21,954 nucleotides of DNA from Candidatus Thorarchaeota archaeon (GCA_019057475.1 DXJO01000047.1:1-21954); one strand, 5' to 3'. Positions 1-7,645 are shown, counted from the first letter of the stretch. The notes: a model not told the origin generated them from the letters alone. Numbers and translations are program-made.

Positions 1-160
1 ATGTTCACAGAATGTTCACAGAATGTTCACACCGACTTAACACGTTAACAGGAAGTTCACAGAATGTTCACAGAATGTTCACAGAATGTTCACACCGACT
101 TAACATGTTAACATATTGACTTAACATACTTAACATGTTAACTTAACATGGCTCACAGAA
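1..160. repeat. Tandem 11-bp repeat array (ATGTTCACAGA) with a 63-bp higher-order period and TTAACATGTTAA palindromes
   Basis: ATGTTCACAGA at 1, 12, 64 and 75; variants at 23, 53 and 86. Block ATGTTCACACCGACTTAACAYGTTAACA at 23 and 86. Palindrome TTAACATGTTAA at 100-111 and 130-141, with TTAACACGTTAA at 37-48. Confidence 0.95.
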
Positions 161-355
161 ACACACGTAGAGAGCAAATTACGCCTATCTAAAAGTGTTA
201 AGTTTTTGCATTAACATGGATAGGCACATCGGTGATTTCAGCGCTATAAGACACAAAAACACAGTTCTGTGTGAAACCCTAGAGAATAGAGGTTGTTGGG
301 AAAATTAGGTTTCTGGGGTTAAATAAACCTTTTTGGTAACCTGATGTGTCAAAAG

Positions 356-425
356 GGTTATGCACCCTAATCTATCGGGCGTGAGAATCCCATTAAGGCG
401 GATAAGATGACCACGGTGCATAACC
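356..425. repeat. 11-bp perfect inverted repeat enclosing 48 bp
   Basis: GGTTATGCACC (356-366) and GGTGCATAACC (415-425). Inner ATCTATC/GATAAGAT can extend the stem with one bulge. Confidence 0.8.
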
Positions 426-517
426 TCTAAGGATACCTAAGAGAGTCTTGACAGATATAAGACATGAGAACTAAGAGTTTTGCAACCCCTAGTAAAAGAA
501 GGTGCCAGAGAGATTTT

Positions 518-636
518 GAATATAAGTGAAAATATAGGCAAAATATAAGTTGAATAGGGGCAAGTAAGAGGAGCTAGAGCAGTTCTGACTATGCAGTGAA
601 AATATAAACAGAATATAAGTAAAATATAAGTTGAAT
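518..636. repeat. AT-rich short direct repeats (AATATAAGT-like) in two blocks
   Basis: AGTGAAAATATA...AAAATATAAGTTGAAT occurs at 525-555 and 595-636. ATATAAGT at 520, 543, 613 and 624. Confidence 0.8.
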
Positions 637-647
637 CGAGAAGTTGA

Positions 648-737
648 ACTTACAAACCCATTGAAGGCGGACTGCGAGATTCACACAGTCAATCAGAATA
701 ATGGGAGTATAAGTGGTTAAAGGGAGGGTTTGTAAGT
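648..737 (+). ncRNA. Candidate structured RNA or ssDNA hairpin, unit 1 of a tandem pair
   Basis: Outer arms ACTTACAAACCC (648-659) and GGGTTTGTAAGT (726-737). Inner stems CCCATTG/TAATGGG (657-663/699-705) and GACTG/CAGTC (670-674/686-690). Covaries with unit 2. The repeat is certain; RNA status and strand are inferred. Confidence 0.5.
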
Positions 738-760
738 AGTGTGTGCGTTTAGCCAAATCA

Positions 761-853
761 GACTTCCGAACCCTTTGATGGCCGACTGCGAGAATCACAC
801 AGTTAACCAGAATAAAGGGAAGTATAAGTGAATAACGGGAGGGTTCGGAAGTC
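761..853 (+). ncRNA. Candidate structured RNA or ssDNA hairpin, unit 2 of a tandem pair
   Basis: Outer arms GACTTCCGAACCC (761-773) and GGGTTCGGAAGTC (841-853). Inner stems CCCTTTG/TAAAGGG (771-777/813-819) and GACTG/CAGTT. 76 of 91 aligned columns are identical to unit 1 by manual alignment. Confidence 0.5.
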
Positions 854-864
854 AATCTACAAGT

Positions 865-1431
865 TTATGGACCAAACGTATAGTCCTTCAGTCCGCCTCC
901 CCAATACATGTGACGGAAGAGACTTTCCAATGTGCTGAATGCCACTGCCTCATTCGGTAATAGCCACCCTCTCTTCTTCAATGTCTTGTTCAGACTATAC
1001 CACACCATAATTTGCAGTCTCAAGATTTCTCGCTCCCACTGTTCCATTTCAATCCACATGATTTGTTTGGCAATGAAAATCTTCATCCACATCTTCTCGG
1101 CAAGGTAAAACGCACGAGCATCGGCCATAGTCCATGTTCCTATTTGTGGTTTGATACCCCCAACAGATGTCATGTGTATCGGTTTCGAAGGGCGCAGTGT
1201 TGTTGATTTCTTATCAGTGCCTCTCTCCAATTCTGAACTGGGACTCTCATCACGGACAGTGTCATCATCATCAGGCATCTCTCTCTTGTTCTCTCTCATC
1301 ATACGAAGAAGTGATGCACCGTGATGTGACAGACCCGCTCCCGATTTCTCGACCTTCTGTAAGGCACCTATCACTCTGTTCTCAAGGACACGTCTTTTCG
1401 TATCTCCAATTATCCCTTCTCTCCTCAGCAT
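865..1431 (-). CDS. Hypothetical protein of the element (start uncertain: 1473, 1431 or later)
   Basis: Long ORF co-oriented with the integrase. The ATG at 1431 follows GGAG. Acidic/Ser-rich linker and Trp/Met-rich C-terminal region. No family recognised. Confidence 0.55.
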   Translation of the reverse strand: MLRREGIIGDTKRRVLENRVIGALQKVEKSGAGLSHHGASLLRMMRENKREMPDDDDTVRDESPSSELERGTDKKSTTLRPSKPIHMTSVGGIKPQIGTWTMADARAFYLAEKMWMKIFIAKQIMWIEMEQWEREILRLQIMVWYSLNKTLKKRGWLLPNEAVAFSTLESLFRHMYWGGGLKDYTFGP

Positions 1432-1663
1432 TTCTCCAAACCTTAAGCCTGTAACCCTTGTACTCTCTGACACCGGGGATTCTCAATCTCCCTGATGGGG
1501 TGTCCTTATAGCAGCTAGTGCCATTCAACTCTACGACAAGTTCAGGATGGACCGTGCTGAGATACTCGGCCATCTGCTTGATAGAAACCCGCTTCTCAAA
1601 CTCCCAGTTGTCATATGCGTATACCATTCGTGCTCTGATGTCTTGGATTTGTTCTTCGTTCAT
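1382..1663 (-). CDS. Small hypothetical protein, 93 aa (MNEEQIQDIRAR...)
   Basis: ATG at 1663 lies 1 nt after the integrase stop (TAG-A-ATG), typical of translational coupling. No family recognised. Confidence 0.6.
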   Translation of the reverse strand: MNEEQIQDIRARMVYAYDNWEFEKRVSIKQMAEYLSTVHPELVVELNGTSCYKDTPSGRLRIPGVREYKGYRLKVWRNAEERRDNWRYEKTCP

Positions 1664-1664
1664 T

Positions 1665-2936
1665 CTACTTGGTCGCCTCCTTCTTCTTCCGCTTCTTGAT
1701 CTTGGGTCTCTTGGCTTTCTCTTCCTCTTCAATCTGTTCTTCTAGTTCTCTCAGGACTCGCTCTTGTTCTTCCTTTGATGGTTCTTTGAAACTTTCAACT
1801 TTCAACCATTCCTGAGAAATCTTGCCGTTGGCTACTTCCCGAATGAGCATCGCAAGTCGTGCGACTTCATCCTTCAACGACTCAACTTCTCCGTTACGAA
1901 TATCCAGTTCGGATTTCGTGACGACCTTGGTATTCAACAGAAGAACACTCTGCCCCTTCAGATAGGCGTCAGACAGGTCTTGCTCGCTGAATCTCAGATA
2001 TTCTCTCGATAAGTAAGAAGAGTGCCCAATCAAGGATTCGACGAGGTCTTGAGTCAGCACTGCGCCCATTCGCGTTCGGAACCACTTGCGAAGCACATGG
2101 GGGTGTAGTGTGTAACGCTCGGTGCGCTCGTCCTTCTCCAAGAGTCCTGCCTTTCTCACTGCGACCTTCCAGATAATATAGGCCGTGGTTCCACTGAAAG
2201 GAAACAACCTCATGTCATTCTCTGGACGTGCATATTCTGAAGGTGTCTTCCTCGCGACTCTGTCAAGATACTCGTCGCGCACTGATAACCATGCCCTGAT
2301 ATTGCGCTTCACTTCTTCAGTCATAAATCCCAGTCTGGCTTTGCCGGTCTTAGTGGTCTCGGCACGGAATCTGACGTGGGGTGCAAGAGACTCGTGGTCT
2401 AGGATTACATCCTTAACGCGGAGTTGCATCGCTTCACCTATCCGGCAACCGCTTGCCGCCAGTAGGCCAAAGAGTGCGCGTCCTTGAGGGGTCATAAATC
2501 CAAACACAACTCTCAGCTCAATGTTGGAAGGCAGGTAGTCTTGGTGCACTGCGGCAACCGTCTTGAACCTCCGGTTCTTCAATTTCGCGAACCACCGCTT
2601 CGGGATTGTTACATCTTGGTCTTCGAGAAAAATCTTGATGGTCTGCACTCTTGACCAGATTGACTTCGGTGGAGCTAGTGTTCCATTCTTCCTAGTCTCA
2701 ATGCGGTCAATGAAGGTGGTTATGTCATCCTTGATATCTTCTAAGGACTTCTCGCCACTCTGACAAGCATTAAGATATTGTTCGGACTTCTCGACAAGGT
2801 CAGCCTCAGAATGGACATCGAAGAATCCATTGAGCCCCCATGTGTAGACTTTGCGCGTGTTCGTGTTCTTGAACTCGTTTAACCATTTCTCGACTCGTGA
2901 CTTGGTCATCGTCACAGTCGTGTCTTTATTCGACAT
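1665..2936 (-). CDS. Tyrosine recombinase/integrase, 423 aa, with C-terminal coiled coil and basic tail
   Basis: Catalytic set present: SGCRIGE (R), TKTGK (K), HVLR (HxxR), LIGH (H), SREY (Y). AGGAG SD precedes the ATG at 2936. Confidence 0.93.
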   Translation of the reverse strand: MSNKDTTVTMTKSRVEKWLNEFKNTNTRKVYTWGLNGFFDVHSEADLVEKSEQYLNACQSGEKSLEDIKDDITTFIDRIETRKNGTLAPPKSIWSRVQTIKIFLEDQDVTIPKRWFAKLKNRRFKTVAAVHQDYLPSNIELRVVFGFMTPQGRALFGLLAASGCRIGEAMQLRVKDVILDHESLAPHVRFRAETTKTGKARLGFMTEEVKRNIRAWLSVRDEYLDRVARKTPSEYARPENDMRLFPFSGTTAYIIWKVAVRKAGLLEKDERTERYTLHPHVLRKWFRTRMGAVLTQDLVESLIGHSSYLSREYLRFSEQDLSDAYLKGQSVLLLNTKVVTKSELDIRNGEVESLKDEVARLAMLIREVANGKISQEWLKVESFKEPSKEEQERVLRELEEQIEEEEKAKRPKIKKRKKKEATK

Positions 2937-2972
2937 TAGGAATTCTCCTTTGTAAAAAAATAGATGTGGAAG

Positions 2973-2990
2973 CATATAAGGTTAGTTATT
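2973..2990 (-). promoter_or_regulatory. Putative TATA box and upstream A-rich element of the integrase operon
   Basis: Minus strand reads AATAACTAAC-CTTATATG, ~37-44 bp before the ATG, leaving room for the SD. Confidence 0.45.
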
Positions 2991-3037
2991 GCATTCAAAG
3001 TAGGGGTGTAGAACTGTATTGCCTGTTTTAAGGTCCG

Positions 3038-3793
3038 TCAGATTGGAGTTGCCTCGGACCAGAGAGAATCAAAGTATGCCCGGGCCATCGCGGCGAATAC
3101 TACGTGCGACGAATAGATGCCCAAGAATGACTCGTTTCCTTCACTTCCTGCCAGCATGATGAGCGTTTGTTGTTCGTCCACTATAAGGCCGGCACCAAAC
3201 ACGCGATCCCTGGTTCTAATTTCGACCTGACTAGGCATTGGTGGCCCAAGTGATTCTGCCCCGCGTGAAGTTAAAACTTGAACACTGGATGCTTTGACGT
3301 GCAGCACGCGTTCGATGATAGCAGTGAGGTCTTCCATACCCATGTCCAGACTGGGAACGGAGAGTTTCACTTCATCTCGTGCTGATTCGAGCATTTCAAG
3401 CGCCTTGGCAAGAATCGCGGCCCGCCCATGCATGAGCCAAACATCTCTCGAAGATGCTTGAACCTCGCGTTCGAATCGAGGCTGAAGCTCATTCACGACT
3501 ATGCTACTAGCGGTTTCAATCTTGTCCTCCCATGCCATTCTTACCAGTCGTGCAACTTCAGTTGGTGCCTTAGCAACGTATATCGTAGGCCGTCCTCTCT
3601 GAACCTGAATGAATGCCTTTTCCTCTAGCCGACCGAGAACATCATAGATTCGTGAATACGGTACCTTTGATCTGGAGCTGACATCAGATGCGGATATCTG
3701 GCCGCCCTCAACAAGCGCAAGATAGGCAGCAGTTTCATACTCTGTAAGTCCTAGCTCCTTTAGCGCCTTGATTGTTGCTTCGCTTGCTGACAT
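3038..3793 (-). CDS. trmB: TrmB-family transcriptional regulator
   Basis: LKELGLTEYETAAYLAL...ASDVSSRSKVPYSRIYDVLGRLEEK is a TrmB HTH; C-terminal PLD-like effector domain (LIVD). Start is ATG 3793 or GTG 3802. Confidence 0.88.
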   Translation of the reverse strand: MSASEATIKALKELGLTEYETAAYLALVEGGQISASDVSSRSKVPYSRIYDVLGRLEEKAFIQVQRGRPTIYVAKAPTEVARLVRMAWEDKIETASSIVVNELQPRFEREVQASSRDVWLMHGRAAILAKALEMLESARDEVKLSVPSLDMGMEDLTAIIERVLHVKASSVQVLTSRGAESLGPPMPSQVEIRTRDRVFGAGLIVDEQQTLIMLAGSEGNESFLGIYSSHVVFAAMARAYFDSLWSEATPI

Positions 3794-3841
3794 GAATGTC
3801 ACCTAGGCGGACGGACGTACTGCTACTGGACTTAAGACTTG

Positions 3842-4405
3842 TCAAAGGCGTTTCGTATACCAGTTGAGGAACTTGCGAAAAGCCTTCGTGCGATGCGAGA
3901 TGTTCACTTTCTCCGACAGACTCAGTTGTGCATAAGTCCGGGTTTCGCCCTGTGGCACAAATATCGGGTCATAGCCGAAACCTGTCTCACCTGCGGGGAC
4001 CCGTGCGATATTTCCAGGCATGACACCAACAAAAGTTTGAATGGTATCACCATCGGCATAGCCCACTGCAGTAACGAATTTGGCAGTTCTCTCATCGATG
4101 TTATTCATCAACCGAAGAATCCCTGTGTTCCCGATTGCCTTCAATACATAGGCCGAATAGGTGCCTGGAAAGCCATTGAGGGCATCGACAAAGAGTCCAG
4201 TGTCGTCCAAAACCACGGGGCGCTTCAAGGCATCGTAAGCAGTGATTGCTGCTTCATGAGCCACTGCTTCCACGTCATCTGCCCTAATCTCAAACTTCTC
4301 CAAAGATGTCGTTTCAAATGAAACATCGAATCTCTCGAATAGAGGTCTCAACTCCGTGAGCTTGTGCTGATTCTGTGTCATTAGCACGAGCTTATCCCTT
4401 GACAA
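3842..4405 (-). CDS. rdgB: Non-canonical purine NTP pyrophosphatase (RdgB/HAM1)
   Basis: Motifs TQNQHK, DDTGL, LNGFPG, GFGYDPIF and SHR. Confidence 0.95.
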   Translation of the reverse strand: MSRDKLVLMTQNQHKLTELRPLFERFDVSFETTSLEKFEIRADDVEAVAHEAAITAYDALKRPVVLDDTGLFVDALNGFPGTYSAYVLKAIGNTGILRLMNNIDERTAKFVTAVGYADGDTIQTFVGVMPGNIARVPAGETGFGYDPIFVPQGETRTYAQLSLSEKVNISHRTKAFRKFLNWYTKRL

Positions 4406-5516
4406 AGGCTAGAACCTCCTTCAACACCTTGTAGGATGATCGCGTCTTTTCAAGGTCAAACATTCCTGTTGCGTTCCACATGCAAATATGCTGCAATCCT
4501 TCTCGAGCATAGTCCTCAAGATTCTTGATAATGGCCTCTGCATCACCAAAGACGTAGAACTCCCTCAGTACCTCATCTGGAACCTCAGCAATAGCCTTTA
4601 GCGTGGTTTCTCTATCATATCGCATGGGAACGTAGTCCCTCAGAGAGTAGAAGTCATCGCCAAATGGGTGCTTGTAGCCCAGACGACTCCACTCACTAGA
4701 GGGGTAGAGAAGAGCAAACGCTCTGGCGAGAGGTGTGTTCATCATCCGTTCGCACTCGGAAACGTCCTCATCCAAGATGTACCAATTCCATAGAGCTGCT
4801 GTGAACTCCCCGGTCTGATTCAGTTTCTTCCGATGGTGCTCAATCTCCCTCAATTTCTCACCATAAGCTCTAGGTTGAAGCAGCGTGGGAATCCATCCAT
4901 TCCCAAACTCTGCAGTTATCCTCAACATCTTCGGTCCATGTGCTGCAATCCAGATAGGAGGCGGCTTTCCTTCCACTGCCGGTCTGAGTGACATCACAGC
5001 GTTTCTCAGCCTCCAAAATTTCCCATCGTAGTTGAACGGTTCATGAGTATCCCAGATTGTTGTAATTATCTCCAAGGCTTCCCTCAGTTTCCCAACTTGA
5101 CCGGAGTATCTCAACCCGTATGGTTCTACGTTCTCAACCTCCCCAGCTCCGATGCCCATGATTGCCCTTCCTCGACTTATGTGGTCTAAAGTCAGAAAGG
5201 TCTGTGCAAGCAGAACTGGGTGTCTGCGTAGTGGCTCAGTGACCGCGGAAAGCAGTTGCACTCGTTCAGTCACAACAGCACAGGCTGCCATTATGCTGGC
5301 CATCTCATAGTAGGTATGTGGTGACTGTTGGATAAGAGCAAGGGGAGTCACATCGGGGGTCCAAATCCCTTCAGGAATGAAACCCGCGAAGTGGTCTGGA
5401 AACGCCATACTGTCATATCCCAGAGAGTCTATGGTCCGGGCATTCCTGACAACATTATCATAGGGCGGCAAGAAAGGACCCGGTGCTCCAATCGCCAGGT
5501 CATGGATGTCAGTCAT
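4392..5516 (-). CDS. LLM-class (luciferase-like) flavin/F420-dependent oxidoreductase
   Basis: Motifs GYDS..FPDH, RHPVLLAQ..TLDHISRGR..GIGAG and PPIWIAAHGPKML...GNGW. Confidence 0.92.
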   Translation of the reverse strand: MTDIHDLAIGAPGPFLPPYDNVVRNARTIDSLGYDSMAFPDHFAGFIPEGIWTPDVTPLALIQQSPHTYYEMASIMAACAVVTERVQLLSAVTEPLRRHPVLLAQTFLTLDHISRGRAIMGIGAGEVENVEPYGLRYSGQVGKLREALEIITTIWDTHEPFNYDGKFWRLRNAVMSLRPAVEGKPPPIWIAAHGPKMLRITAEFGNGWIPTLLQPRAYGEKLREIEHHRKKLNQTGEFTAALWNWYILDEDVSECERMMNTPLARAFALLYPSSEWSRLGYKHPFGDDFYSLRDYVPMRYDRETTLKAIAEVPDEVLREFYVFGDAEAIIKNLEDYAREGLQHICMWNATGMFDLEKTRSSYKVLKEVLAFVKG

Positions 5517-6698
5517 CTACTCACACGTCTCTGCAAAGTGGATGAGTGCTTTCTTCACTTTCTCGAAGTCATCAAGTCTAAGAAACTCGTCAATGCCATG
5601 GAAATTGCCGTCCTCAGCAATAGTCCCGTAACAAGCAGTAGGAATTCCTACTGCAGTAAAGAAGTGTCCGTCATTTCCACCTAGGTCTGCAGAGATAGGT
5701 ATGTCGGGACTTACAGCCTCTTGGACTGCCGCATGAAACACCTTGATGTACTTGTTCTCAGGATCAGAACCCCAGCCGTGAACCGTCATTTTAATCTCGA
5801 GGCTTGCATCAACACCTGTTTCCTCCTTGGCCATTTCCAAGAACTTCTCGAGGTCCTTGGCTACTTCCTTCGGGTCTTCTTCTGGGATGCATCTGCAATC
5901 AAATGAGATTTCAGCCTTTCCGGGAATGACATTTGTCTTGCTACCAGCTTGGTACATGGTCATACTGAATCTACCCCATAGGGTAGCATGGGGACTACCA
6001 GGAGGCGCAGGCAGTTTCGATTCTACTTTTCTTCGCACATCGACATAGTCCAACATGCGGTCAAGTAGCGGAATCGAGAGATGGATAGCATTGTTGAACG
6101 CAAATGGGTATCCAGCATGGCCCTGAGTTCCATGGACTGTGATTGTTCCAGCCACGACACCGCTGGCCCCAACGCTTACGTACGTGGGCCCTGAGTCAAT
6201 AACTAGCCCGAGGTCCCCGCGTATCTTAGGTGGACCGTTCATGAGGTATTCGATGCCCCACGAGCCGCCAATCTCTTCATTAGGTGAAATCAGTATCTTC
6301 CAGTTCACCTTTGAGTTCCCTTTCTTGATGAGTTCCTTAGCTGCACTCACACAAGCCACAACATTGCCCTTATTGTCAGTCACACCTCGACCGTACGCCT
6401 TGTCCTTCTCAACGGTCAGTTTGAAAGGTGGCCGAGTCCATGCCTCGACGTCTCCAGCAGGCACAACATCATAGTGCGTGCATAGCAAAACTGTGACCTT
6501 AGATCCTACATCCATGGTAGCTACAACGTTCGGTTGCGGCTTGCCATCGTGCTTAGAGTCGAAGGTTTCGACCTTGAGACCTGCCTCCTCGCAGTATCTC
6601 ATTATTACCTCAGCACATTCTGTGTAGTTCTTCTTCTCATCACTATTGGTGTCCAATTCAATGATATCTCGGAGAAAACTCTCTTCCCATTTGTCCAT
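5517..6698 (-). CDS. M20-family metallopeptidase/deacylase (ArgE/DapE-like)
   Basis: Motifs HYDVVP, YGRG..DNKG, NEEIG, GHA, GGND and HGIDE. Stop abuts the LLM start. Start is 6698 or 6704. Confidence 0.92.
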   Translation of the reverse strand: MDKWEESFLRDIIELDTNSDEKKNYTECAEVIMRYCEEAGLKVETFDSKHDGKPQPNVVATMDVGSKVTVLLCTHYDVVPAGDVEAWTRPPFKLTVEKDKAYGRGVTDNKGNVVACVSAAKELIKKGNSKVNWKILISPNEEIGGSWGIEYLMNGPPKIRGDLGLVIDSGPTYVSVGASGVVAGTITVHGTQGHAGYPFAFNNAIHLSIPLLDRMLDYVDVRRKVESKLPAPPGSPHATLWGRFSMTMYQAGSKTNVIPGKAEISFDCRCIPEEDPKEVAKDLEKFLEMAKEETGVDASLEIKMTVHGWGSDPENKYIKVFHAAVQEAVSPDIPISADLGGNDGHFFTAVGIPTACYGTIAEDGNFHGIDEFLRLDDFEKVKKALIHFAETCE

Positions 6699-6757
6699 TC
6701 GCATTCATCTCACGTCTAGGCACTAGTCGGATATGAGAACAAGCCCTCATATTTGTG

Positions 6758-7564
6758 TTACTTCTGACACGTTTGGCAATAATTCGTTTTGAATCGATTC
6801 GCTGTGACTTCTGAGATACGTCCACCACACAACGGGCAGACTCCACCGCCTCGATTATGGACCATCATGAAGTCCCGTTTCTCAAGGGCAATCTCATCAA
6901 GGGACCGTTTTTCTAGGACCCCCTTGAATTTCATCAGTACGTTGCGCATAGCATTGTAGAGCTGTTCTACTTCTTCGTTACTCAAACTCGATTTCCTTCG
7001 GAAAGGAAGTATTCCGGCGTAAAGAAGAATCTCATCAGCGTAGGCATTGCCAATGCCCTTGACGAACTTCTGGTTCCGCAGAATGTTCTTGATCTGCCCA
7101 CGACGACGCTTCAGGTGTTGCTTGAATTCAGCCAATTTCAGTTCAGGGTCTAGGGCTGAAGGACCGCGGTTATTGAACTCTGCTACTTGCGAGTAATTGC
7201 CCCCCTTCACCAGATAGACCCTACTCATCTGCTTCCTGTCTGTATACCTCAGAGTCCGATTCTCGGAGTGCAATTGAAAGATGTCCATCTTGGATGGCCG
7301 CTTGGTTTTTTCCATCAACCAGAACCGACCAGCAAGCATCGGATTCACAACTATCTCGCACCCGTTTTCAAGAGATATCAACAAAAATTTGCCATCCGCT
7401 CGGACTGCCTCATAGACTTTGCCTGTCAATTCATCTTCGAAGTGTGTAACCTCGATGCCGTGAAGTACTAGATGATTGTGGACTACTGCCTTCTGGATGG
7501 TTTTGCCTTGCAGCAACAAATTGAGTCTGCTGGCAATCACATCCAACTCAGGCAACTCTGGCAG
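6758..7564 (-). CDS. mutM: Fpg/Nei-family DNA glycosylase/AP lyase, probable CTG start
   Basis: Starting at CTG 7564 gives canonical MPELPE. H2TH motif GIGNAYADEIL, C-terminal zinc finger CPLC...CQTCQ, and SD GAGGTGA 6 nt upstream. Confidence 0.9.
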   Translation of the reverse strand: MPELPELDVIASRLNLLLQGKTIQKAVVHNHLVLHGIEVTHFEDELTGKVYEAVRADGKFLLISLENGCEIVVNPMLAGRFWLMEKTKRPSKMDIFQLHSENRTLRYTDRKQMSRVYLVKGGNYSQVAEFNNRGPSALDPELKLAEFKQHLKRRRGQIKNILRNQKFVKGIGNAYADEILLYAGILPFRRKSSLSNEEVEQLYNAMRNVLMKFKGVLEKRSLDEIALEKRDFMMVHNRGGGVCPLCGGRISEVTANRFKTNYCQTCQK

Positions 7565-7645
7565 CTCTGTTCACCTCAGCGGCAAGATACTATGCAGGAT
7601 TACATGCAAGCAGAACTTAAGGCTGATTGTGCTGCTCTTGCCTTC

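Larger units (their letters stand above)
1..3037. mobile_element. Partial integrated element (plasmid- or virus-like) with tyrosine integrase; left end outside the window, right boundary approximate
   Basis: Intact tyrosine recombinase, two orphan ORFs and a long repeat-rich non-coding tract abut the 3' end of a housekeeping gene run (trmB stop at 3038-3040). No att site was identified. Confidence 0.65.

Noticed and set aside
1-160. CRISPR array
   Set aside because: Units are 11 bp and contiguous, with no unique spacers and no cas genes.
274-491. Telomere-like words (AAACCCTA, AGGGTTA, CCCTAA)
   Set aside because: They are scattered, in both orientations and not tandem, and are better explained as hairpin arms.
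648-853. Canonical integron attC sites with an IntI integrase
   Set aside because: AAC...GTT arms are present, but they do not fit RYYYAAC/GTTRRRY, there is no paired L box with extrahelical bases, and no cassette ORF lies between the units. YLDRVARKTP only faintly echoes the IntI ALERKYP insertion.
648-853. tRNA genes
   Set aside because: No cloverleaf, T-loop (GTTCRA) or D-arm pattern on either strand.
589-855. 88-aa hydrophobic ORF (TTG start) spanning both repeat units
   Set aside because: The repeated peptide follows from the DNA repeat, and the substitutions preserve base pairing while many change amino acids. It is not fully excluded: it starts 9 bp after the upstream stop and could be a toxin-like peptide with an antisense RNA.
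1664-1732. Arg-rich N-terminal extension MKRKRKPR... of the 116-aa ORF
   Set aside because: It is an alternate-frame reading of the integrase basic tail. The ATG at 1663 is the better start.
7472-7645. 58-aa N-terminal extension of gelsolin
   Set aside because: It overlaps fpg on the opposite strand, and the promoter-like motif points to ATG 7646.
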